A DNA stretch of 17,156 bases from Armatimonadota bacterium (GTDB lineage: Bacteria > Armatimonadota > UBA5829 > DTLH01). Shown here piece after piece: positions 8,046-15,600 of this stretch. Location: the NCBI GenBank assembly GCA_039680575.1, contig JBDKSP010000051.1, positions 1 to 17,156 of the forward strand, given 5' to 3'. Position 1 is the stretch's first letter, and every line of letters begins with the position of its first letter. Under the pieces are notes generated by a model. The model was not told the DNA's origin. It did no database searches and saw only the letters and a list, made by a program, of their open reading frames with translations. The translations under genes and the position numbers were made by a program.

Positions 8046-8220
8046 CTCTGTTCAGGGTGATAGATAATTCCTGCAAGAGTGAACTATTACGCACAAGAGA
8101 CCAGAACTGGCAGGGCAATTCGTAACCGGCGCTCTTTTATGTGAGCTCTTTGAGTTTAAATCCGTCACAATTCCGGTATAAAATCTGAAATACGAGGCCG
8201 CTGCATGGCCGCATGAGGGG

Positions 8221-8667
8221 GTGCAAGCATTGCTTATGAAAGTATTTCCGGTAGCTCTTGCACTGGCAGTCGCCATCGGCCTCATTACGGAACTGGCATT
8301 CACCAAAACTAAGATATATACCGTAAGGTCAGCACTCACCGAGGCAGATTCCAGCATCGTTAGCATTGACGGCACCGTGCGAAAAGTCGGGAACAACCGT
8401 TATGTGCTCATAGATGGCACAGGCCACGCGGAACTGCAAACATGCCCTCTCTGGTACCGCACTATTGAGCTGAAAATGGATGAAAATATCACAGTAACGG
8501 GTGAAATTCTGGATAACAGCAGACCCAGAAAAGGGTCCCTCTATGTAATGGACGTTTACAAGATAATAAGGAATGGAAAACCCGAAATAGTCCTTAGAAC
8601 AAGGCCGGGCAAACCTCCCTGGGCCTCCGGTAATGTGCGCTGCGGTAACAGCTCCCCTGCCCCATAG
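8221..8667 (+). CDS. Exported or membrane-anchored OB-fold protein (BOF, YgiW/YdeI-like)
   Basis: N-terminal hydrophobic signal/anchor; 'TVRSAL...VSIDGTVRKVGNNRYVLIDGTG...ITVTGEI' resembles the BOF pattern; C-terminal 'GKPPWA'. The start may be TTG 8230 or ATG 8236. Confidence 0.65.
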   Translation: MQALLMKVFPVALALAVAIGLITELAFTKTKIYTVRSALTEADSSIVSIDGTVRKVGNNRYVLIDGTGHAELQTCPLWYRTIELKMDENITVTGEILDNSRPRKGSLYVMDVYKIIRNGKPEIVLRTRPGKPPWASGNVRCGNSSPAP

Positions 8668-8730
8668 ACCATCGGTACTTCACAAGAGGAATCAAGCTCT
8701 ATCGAGCCGTAGTAGACTGTGTAAAGCTAT

Positions 8731-8819
8731 TTACTGGGTTTTAGGTAACATATGAAACTCTCTGGAAGATTTTCGGCAATAGCCGACATGCGATTGGTTG
8801 TTGACTGAACATCCGAAAA
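8731..8819 (+). repeat. ~90-nt structured leader element, copy 1 (upstream of suhB)
   Basis: About 82% identical (74/90 by manual alignment) to 9897-9986. Two stem-loops. Ends 11 nt before SD GGAGG. Confidence 0.85.
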
Positions 8820-8839
8820 CTTATAAATACGGAGGACTG

Positions 8840-9625
8840 ATGGAGTTACACGAATTCATCACCGACACGGCGCGGGGAGCCGGTGAGATCATACTGAGCC
8901 ATTACGGACAGATAAATACCCAGCGCGCAAAAGAAGGCCGTGGGGACATTGTCACAGAGGTAGATATCGAAAGCGAGAGTTACATCCTCAGCCGGATAAA
9001 AGAATATTTTCCGGACCACAGTATAGTCTCGGAAGAAGCCGGTAAGGCCGGTACGCCTGAAACGGGATACACCTGGTATATCGATCCGCTCGACGGCACG
9101 CGGAACTACGCGCTCGGAATCCCATTCTTCTGTGTATCGATTGCTCTTGCAAAAGATGGTATCGCAGAGTATGGAGTTATTTTTGACCCGCTTCATAATG
9201 AGCTGTTCTATGCAGCCAAAGGACAGGGCGCGATGATGAACAACAGGCCGGTCAGAGTCTCCGGAGAGACCGATCTGGAGGACTCGGTCATCTCGATAAG
9301 CTGGCTCAGGAGCAGGACCGCTTATTCCAAATTTGCAAGCTACATCGAAAGAATATCGAGCAACACCTCGTATTTCCGCAGACTGGGCTCAGCCGCGCTT
9401 ATCTCCGCATATGTAGCTGCAGGAAGGATTGATGCATACATGCAGGGAGCGATCAACCCCTGGGACATCGCTGCAGGCACATTGCTCGTCAAAGAAGCCG
9501 GAGGCATAGTCACCGATTTCGCAGGACGCCCCATAGACCTTCGCAAATCCTATATCGACATCCTCGCCGCCACCCCAATAATACACGAAAAAATCATGCT
9601 AAAGGTTTTGGAGATAAAAAACTAA
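8840..9625 (+). CDS. suhB: Inositol monophosphatase family protein (SuhB-like)
   Basis: Motifs 'DIVTEVD', 'SEE', 'WYIDPLDGTRNY', 'RRLGSAAL', 'PWDIAAG.LLVKEAGG'. The true start is probably ATG 8840 behind GGAGG (8831-8835), not TTG 8798. Confidence 0.9.
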   Translation: MELHEFITDTARGAGEIILSHYGQINTQRAKEGRGDIVTEVDIESESYILSRIKEYFPDHSIVSEEAGKAGTPETGYTWYIDPLDGTRNYALGIPFFCVSIALAKDGIAEYGVIFDPLHNELFYAAKGQGAMMNNRPVRVSGETDLEDSVISISWLRSRTAYSKFASYIERISSNTSYFRRLGSAALISAYVAAGRIDAYMQGAINPWDIAAGTLLVKEAGGIVTDFAGRPIDLRKSYIDILAATPIIHEKIMLKVLEIKN

Positions 9626-9685
9626 AACCGGTAACTCTCCCAGTAATGGCTTATACTGATGCGCGGCATAATCATAATGTAAGAC

Positions 9686-9783
9686 GCTACAGCGATAATA
9701 GCAAACCCGTCGAAAGGCGGGGACGCAAAGCCATTGGGCCTACAGGGTTCTCCTCCTACGGTTGCCAGGCTGCCGAAAGTAGA
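9686..9783 (+). ncRNA. Class I cyclic-dinucleotide (c-di-GMP-I / GEMM-I) riboswitch aptamer, A20 variant
   Basis: GCAAA-CCCGTC-GAAA-GGCGGG-GACGCAAAG (P2 with GNRA loop); P3 GCC...GCCTAC...TACGGT...GGC with a tetraloop-receptor-like segment; 3' GCTGCCGAA; P1 CTAC/GTAG. Confidence 0.92.
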
Positions 9784-9881
9784 GTTGCATCCCGTTTGGG
9801 ATGCGACGGTACCGCTTCGTCTTGAGACGCCCTCTGGCTGATCGCCTTCAGACGTTTCAAGACGGGGCGGGTCCGGGTTTT
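9784..9881 (+). promoter_or_regulatory. Tandem hairpins after the aptamer (probable expression platform or terminator)
   Basis: GTTGCATCCC-gttt-GGGATGCGAC (9784-9807); 18-bp stem CCGCTTCGTCTTGAGACG/CGTTTCAAGACGGGGCGG (9812-9870, includes G-U pairs); only a short, displaced TTTT at 9878-9881. Confidence 0.6.
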
Positions 9882-9896
9882 CGACAGACAGGTAAC

Positions 9897-9986
9897 TTAC
9901 TGAGTTTCAGGTAATACCTGAAACTCTCCCGAAAGATTTTCGGCAATAACTGATATACGATTGGTTATTAACTGGACAGCCGAAAA
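9897..9986 (+). repeat. ~90-nt structured leader element, copy 2 (upstream of a small ORF)
   Basis: Perfect hairpin GAGTTTCAGG-taata-CCTGAAACTC, then GATTTTCGGC[AATAACTGAT-atacg-ATTGGTTATT]aactggaca-GCCGAAAATC. Confidence 0.85.
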
Positions 9987-10016
9987 TCAATAATGCTTGC
10001 GGGGGAGGGTCCGAAA

Positions 10017-10211
10017 ATGACTACACAAAAAGCAAGACCTCATGTTGGTACAGATTGCACGGCCATCCGAACCGGCAGGCTAGGTAGCGGCCAGGCAGTT
10101 ACTACCCATATACATCAATCCAGTTTCGTTCCCTTTTACGGAGCTTATCTAGCGGGCGACATTGAGGATGTATGCCTCGACATGGTCACCAGGCGGCAGT
10201 ATATCTGCTGA
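10017..10211 (+). CDS. Small hypothetical protein, 64 aa (MTTQKARPHVG...DMVTRRQYIC)
   Basis: Strong SD GGGGGAGGG (10001-10009) 7 nt before ATG 10017, in the same position relative to the repeat as suhB. No recognisable family. Confidence 0.5.
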   Translation: MTTQKARPHVGTDCTAIRTGRLGSGQAVTTHIHQSSFVPFYGAYLAGDIEDVCLDMVTRRQYIC

Positions 10212-10318
10212 TCCTGCAGCCTATCGATTCTCGGTTTAAATGATATTTATTACTCGTTACATCAACTTCCAATACTCTGTAGGTATTCCAGCCTTCGATG
10301 ACTCCATATTGGTAGTAA

Positions 10319-10485
10319 GGCCGGTCAGATTGCAGAAACAAAAAATGAAAGGAGGATGCACCGGCCGACCAAGTTAACGATTAAAGACAACTGAATATAC
10401 AACTGAATACTAAAACTGAATATCCGACGCCGACGTGGCATCAGGCCGCCGTATACACGACGGCCTGATGCCACGTACGTTTTTA
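10319..10485 (+). ncRNA. Candidate small RNA with three AACTGAATA repeats and a strong 3' terminator
   Basis: 5' stem GGCCGGT/ACCGGCC enclosing AAAGGAGGA; AACTGAATA at 10389, 10401 and 10414; 20-bp hairpin at 10433-10476 plus a T-run. The 5' boundary is a guess. Confidence 0.45.
10433..10484 (+). terminator. Strong intrinsic terminator
   Basis: ACGTGGCATCAGGCCGCCGT-atac-ACGACGGCCTGATGCCACGT (one mismatch) followed by acgTTTTT. Confidence 0.75.
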
Positions 10486-10589
10486 AAAGCAGGTTTGGTA
10501 TCAACCGGTTTGTGGCAAGTAATGCACAACAACAATAATTACTGCCGTAAGATATTTTATTTTTGCACAGAATATGTGCATGTTCGCCG

Positions 10590-10618
10590 TTGACAGTGGC
10601 GGACTCTCATGGTACCCT
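10590..10618 (+). promoter_or_regulatory. sigma70-type promoter for the TPR gene
   Basis: TTGACA (10590-10595), 17 nt, extended -10 TGg-TACCCT (10613-10618). Confidence 0.65.
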
Positions 10619-10703
10619 GTCTTTGGATGATAGAATGAAGCGTGAATGAATCCAAGCGCTTTTATGTCATAAACAGATACTCCTTCAAATCGGACAAAAC
10701 GCC

Positions 10704-12011
10704 ATGAACAGATACGAGATTGACGCTCTTGTAGACCGAGGCGACGACTTTTATCAAGACGGCGATTACGATAAAGCCATCGACTTCTACATTCGCGCCC
10801 TTGAAATGGATGTCAAGAACCAGGAAGCTCTCGAGGGGCTTGGGCAGGCTTACGCAGCTCAGTGCAACTGGAGCCGTGCAGTAACAGTTTTCGAACAGCT
10901 CGTGGAAGTGGACAAAAAGTGCTCGTCGTCCCATTACCTTCTGGGACACACCCTGGGAGCACTCGGCGAGCATGACCGCGCACTTAAGGAACTTTACCTA
11001 GCCGAGTCCCTCGGCTACGATCTGGGCGATCTCCATTCCGCTATTGGTTACGCGCTGCACATGAAAGGCGATATCGAAAACGCTATCCTATCTTATCAGA
11101 TAGCACTCGATCTCGACCCGGACGATACCATCACGATGTTCAATTACGGAAAAGCCCTGATAGCTCAGCGAAGCTATGTGGCAGCACGTCACGTACTAGA
11201 ACATGCCCTGAATATCGATCCCGAAGATACTCAGACGTGGATAGCCCTCGGCGAGGTCTACGAAGACCTTGACGAATTGGATATGGCTTTTCAATCCTAT
11301 CAACGCGCGCTGGACCTTGACCCATCGAGTCATGAAACAAAGTGCCTATCAGCGCATGCCAGCCTTATGCTCGGCCGTTATGAAGACGCTGAACACGAGT
11401 ACAGGCAGGTAGTCGAGCAGCATCCTGATGACAGTGAGGCATGGGCCGGACTTGGTGAAGTCTTGATAGCACAGGAGAGGTACCATGAGGCTGTATCTGC
11501 CTGCAGGAAGGCACTGGATGGGAATCCTCCGTCCATATACGGACTTCCGGGCTACATCAATGCCTGCGAACACACAGGTGATTTTGACGAGGCTCGGAGG
11601 GTAATAAAAGAATCTATCAGGAAAGACCGGAATAATTCGGACCTGTGGTACCTTTTGGCAGGGATAGAGGCCTCTGCTGATAAGCCTGATCAGGCACTTC
11701 CGGCTTACCAGCGTGCCACAAAACTGAACCCAAGCGATGCTGCATCCCATGCCGGTGTCGGATGGGCATTGGTGGAGCTTCAAAAGGATTACGCGCTTGC
11801 GGAAATACATCTTTTGGAGTCCGTAAGGCTTGCTCCAGACTGGTATTATCCATGTCTGCAACTCGGAGAGCTGTTTTTAAGAAAACAGGACCAGCACAGC
11901 GCGGTCGAATGGTTTACCCGCGCGATAGAGATCGCACCGAATGATCCCGAAGTTCAGGAAACAATGTGCGACCCCGAAATCCGGGAACTCCTGAGGGGTT
12001 ACAGGGTGTAA
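10704..12011 (+). CDS. Tetratricopeptide repeat protein (TPRs along the whole length)
   Basis: Repeated 34-aa units such as 'W..LG..Y......A...Y..AL.LDP'. Acidic, with no signal peptide or catalytic domain visible. Confidence 0.9.
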   Translation: MNRYEIDALVDRGDDFYQDGDYDKAIDFYIRALEMDVKNQEALEGLGQAYAAQCNWSRAVTVFEQLVEVDKKCSSSHYLLGHTLGALGEHDRALKELYLAESLGYDLGDLHSAIGYALHMKGDIENAILSYQIALDLDPDDTITMFNYGKALIAQRSYVAARHVLEHALNIDPEDTQTWIALGEVYEDLDELDMAFQSYQRALDLDPSSHETKCLSAHASLMLGRYEDAEHEYRQVVEQHPDDSEAWAGLGEVLIAQERYHEAVSACRKALDGNPPSIYGLPGYINACEHTGDFDEARRVIKESIRKDRNNSDLWYLLAGIEASADKPDQALPAYQRATKLNPSDAASHAGVGWALVELQKDYALAEIHLLESVRLAPDWYYPCLQLGELFLRKQDQHSAVEWFTRAIEIAPNDPEVQETMCDPEIRELLRGYRV

Positions 12012-12012
12012 T

Positions 12013-12045
12013 AAAAAGCAGCCGGTGAAAAACACCACCGGCCGC
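12013..12045 (-). terminator. Intrinsic terminator for the YHS gene (between convergent genes)
   Basis: Minus strand GCGGCCGGTG-gtgttttt-CACCGGCTGC followed by TTTTT. Confidence 0.75.
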
Positions 12046-12074
12046 ATTCCAATCTCTTATTACGACTTACTCTT

Positions 12075-12248
12075 TTAAGGCTCGTCCTCCATCAGATACT
12101 CAGAAGGTTCGCCCACATATTCCTCGGGCGCTTCCCGGAACTCATCACGGCATTCCTCACTACAGAAGTAATAAGTCTGCCCCTGATAAGATGCCGTCAG
12201 CGCCTCCTCTTCATCTATTTGCATACCGCATACCGGGTCTATAGGCAT
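12075..12248 (-). CDS. YHS/TRASH-domain metal-binding micro-protein, 57 aa
   Basis: 'MPIDPVCGMQI...YQGQTYYFCSEECRDEF...PEEY'. SD AGGAGGT precedes ATG 12248. Confidence 0.9.
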   Translation of the reverse strand: MPIDPVCGMQIDEEEALTASYQGQTYYFCSEECRDEFREAPEEYVGEPSEYLMEDEP

Positions 12249-12379
12249 TTTTGCCACCTCCTGCATTTATATCGGACAGGGTGTTAGAACAATACCTGCT
12301 CGACGTTCTACCCATTAGCAGCAGCCAGTAAACTGTCGATCACATTATATTGGATTACTAAAAAATTTCTTGCGGATAA

Positions 12380-12408
12380 TTGACAGCCAGGCATATTTAT
12401 GGTATACA
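12380..12408 (+). promoter_or_regulatory. sigma70-type promoter for the large secreted protein
   Basis: TTGACA (12380-12385), 17 nt, TGg-TATACA (12403-12408). Implies a leader of about 275 nt. Confidence 0.55.
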
Positions 12409-12689
12409 CACATTAAGCATCATATAATTTCTCCTTCGTTTATTCACATGTTTGTGTATTGCCATCACACAACCATAAATATTAAGCTCAATATAATCTC
12501 TTTGGGTTATCGTTAAGTCTTAACGAAACATCAGAATCAATATTCCGTAAGACGTAGTGGCCGGACGGAATGATAAGCCTGAGGTCTGACCGTAACCTGA
12601 ACCGTGCTAAAGGCTGGTAAGGAAGAGGCAGCCTCAGGTGTATCCTTACAACGGAGCATCTTCACATCAAAAGAGGAGGCGAAAGGAAA

Positions 12690-15600
12690 ATGCGTAGATA
12701 TCTACGTCCATCAGCGTATAGACTTACGCTGATAGCATCGATGATGCTGGTCCTCGTCCTTTGTGCAGGGGTATCATTTGCACAGACGGACTGGACACAG
12801 TGGAAATATTACGTCGATGTCGATGTAAACACCGGACAGTATGCAAGAACAGCTACTCCGGTAGAGATGAAGATCAACTTTACCAACTTCCTGAATGGTG
12901 CAACTCTGAATCCGGACTCTGTGAGAGTCGTAGAGTTTGCAGACAGTGGTAGAGCAGGCACACCTGTAGAGGTGTACAGCCAGTTCGACAAGAGTTCCGG
13001 CTACGATGCAACCGCGAATGCAATCGGAGAGGTAGTATGGATCCTAAGAGGAACACCTACTGAACCAAATGCTAATAGTGGAGAAACCGCAGCAGGAGCG
13101 ACCAGATGCTACAGGGTCTATTTCGACGACACCACCGGCTCCATTACTGCTCCGAGCTACACCACGGACCTTACTTACGATGGCACAGCAAATCCATACA
13201 TTGAGAACATCGCCTATAGATTGCGAATTTGGGGACAAGTAGACACCATCTATGCTCTCTATAATAAGCTCACCAATGTATGGATGTGGAAAGGCTCAGC
13301 CTATGAATACGACAAATGCGGTATGTACTACTCGCTCAATACGTCTCGGGGTGGCTGGGCAGACCAATTCTACAACTATTATGCATCTGTTGGAGTTTCT
13401 GCAAACAGAGCGGTCAGATTCACCTATGTTTCTGCTGAGAATGATGACAACTATGCCTATACTATGGTAAGGAAGTTCTATTCAGGGGTTCCTTACTTCA
13501 AAACAGAGGGCAAAATATCCAAGATCAGCGGTGACGGATCCTGGGCAAATCTTCAGATCCGGTACAACGACAACAGCACAGTTAAAAGAACCGCGGTCAG
13601 TGAGGAAACAGAGGCAAATCCTATCCTGTCTGACCAGTTTATGCCCAAGGCCGAGCTGTTTGATTATGACGCAGCCGGAGTCAATGGCGGCATAGGCCAC
13701 CTGATGGGTGGAGACACTCTTGCCAGCGGAATCGGAGGCGGTGCACAACTATGTTCCGTCAATTTCAACTATGATAATGGCGGCATATGGAGATACAAGA
13801 GCCCCGGATGGTTCCCAGTAACTCTGAACCACGCCTTAATGGTCCACAACGGAACGACCGAGGCAGAGGCAAAAGCCGCAGTGGACAAAGGCCTTGCTGA
13901 TTACGGCTGTCCTGTCAAGATAGTGATAGTAGGAAGCAGCAACACAACAACAAATTACGGCGCCATCGGCGGCAAGGTGACGGATGCGGACAACGCAAAC
14001 AGGACTGTCAAGGGTGCTCTAGTAAGACTGTGGGTAAATGGGACCTACGCCGGTAGAACAATCACTTCAGCGCTCGGTGACTATACATTCTCCGATGTTC
14101 CCGCAGGAACAGCAAAGATCAGCGTCAAGTGTGACGGATACGATACATTGGTTGTAGACAATGTGACGATCACAGCCGGAACAGCAATTACGAAGGATAT
14201 CTCCCTTCCGTCCATAATCTTCGCAGGCAAATTCATAAACCTGAAGGCGGATTCTGCGAGTGGAACATGGAAATTCATCACAGATGCTGTTTGCAGGGGA
14301 GTAAATGTAGATCCTTCAAACACAACTGCTCTGGAGATATCTACATTCGCAGGACCTACCCTTGATTCGAGCATTACCGCTGTTAACATCCCGGTCCCTA
14401 ATGTTTATGATACCAGTAGTACTGAAACTGAAGGCTGGGATACTATACAAGCAGATGATAATGTCTACGGATGGTATCGAACTACAGTCAATATCCCTGC
14501 TGAATGGGCAGGAAAGAACATTAGGCTAAGGGATTTTCTGATTGATGACGCATTGGAAGTCTACCTCAACGGTGTCAAAGTCGCAAGTGCGGCTGTTTTA
14601 GGTTCCGATACTAGTTGGTATAGCTATCCGTGTGACTTTATAATTCCTTCCAGCGCAGTCAAACCTGGTGAGGCCAATGTACTTGCAATCAAGTGCTATG
14701 ACAACACAGGCGGCGGCGGGATTTACAAAGGCGGCCCTGTCCTAGAGGTTTCTCCTGACGATGCAACTGTGACAGTGAACGTCAAAGGACCTAAAGCTCT
14801 GAATGGCACTGCACTTCCCATCGAGGGAGCGACAGTAAAGATCGTCGGTGCGGCATCCGGCACGACGGATGCAACTGGCAGCCGCACATTCAACCATGTC
14901 AAGGGCGATACCTATACCATAACCGTCTATCATTCCAGCTATGGTACAAAGACGATTACGAATGTTGAAGTCCCTGATACCGGAGAAATCACTGTCCCGG
15001 TTATATACGATACATTCCTCTGCAAGTTAACAGGCACTATCACGAGGAGCAATACACCACTAGCTGGTGCCCGTGTAATCATTGCAGATGATAGCAATTA
15101 CTATGGGACTATTACTAACTCCAGTGGTGCTTATACAATAACAGGTGTCTTACCCGGAGAATACAAGCTCACAGCTAACGCGTTGAAGGCTGTCCCGGTA
15201 ATAGATAAACCGGTTCAGGCTTATACACTTGATGTAGCGCTGGAGAATATCGACCTGACTTACGGTGTAACTCCTACATATGATGACTTCTCAGGAACTA
15301 CACTTGATACGAGCAAGTGGGGGTTCTTCAACACATCCGAGCAGGGGTTAGGCGACTCAACAGCCACACTGGTTGACGGTGTGCTCAATCTCTATCCCAT
15401 ACCGGGACGAGGCGGTATCTTGAGTAAGACTGCTATCCCGAAATATGGGACGTCTGAGGTGGTATTCACTCAAAAAGCCACTGGAGCAAACCAGGGGTTT
15501 GCCATCATAGACCCGACTTATTCAGGAGATATCTACGGACATGGCATCGCTCTTGAGCAGCAGAGTTGGTTCATGAAGATCTTCCTTTGTGGCAGTGGTA

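Noticed and set aside
7628..8396. ORFs 7628-7966, 7805-8026, 7927-8118 and 8052-8396
   Set aside because: They overlap promoters or better-supported genes, lack convincing SDs and show no protein-family features.
8798..8839. Longer suhB start at TTG 8798 and longer small-ORF start at ATG 9993
   Set aside because: Both lie within or beside the repeat and upstream of the SD. The ATGs at 8840 and 10017 have properly placed SDs.
8731..9986. The duplicated element as IS ends, a composite transposon or integron attC sites
   Set aside because: No transposase or integrase, no target-site duplication seen, and no RYYYAAC/GTTRRRY core sites at the stem ends.
10389..10422. AACTGAATA repeats or the 21-bp-period repeats as a CRISPR array
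   Set aside because: Repeats and spacers are far too short and too few, and there are no cas genes.
12397..12423. Minus-strand mini-ORF MMLNVCIP* behind a textbook AAGGAG-N7-ATG
   Set aside because: Only 8 codons, overlapping the predicted + strand promoter, with no other support. It cannot be distinguished from chance.
12575..12625. Calling the leader of the large gene a canonical TPP riboswitch or SRP RNA
   Set aside because: It lacks the invariant CUGAGA and GCG of TPP aptamers and the SRP helix-8 motif, and the downstream gene is unrelated to thiamine. Kept only as an unknown structured leader.
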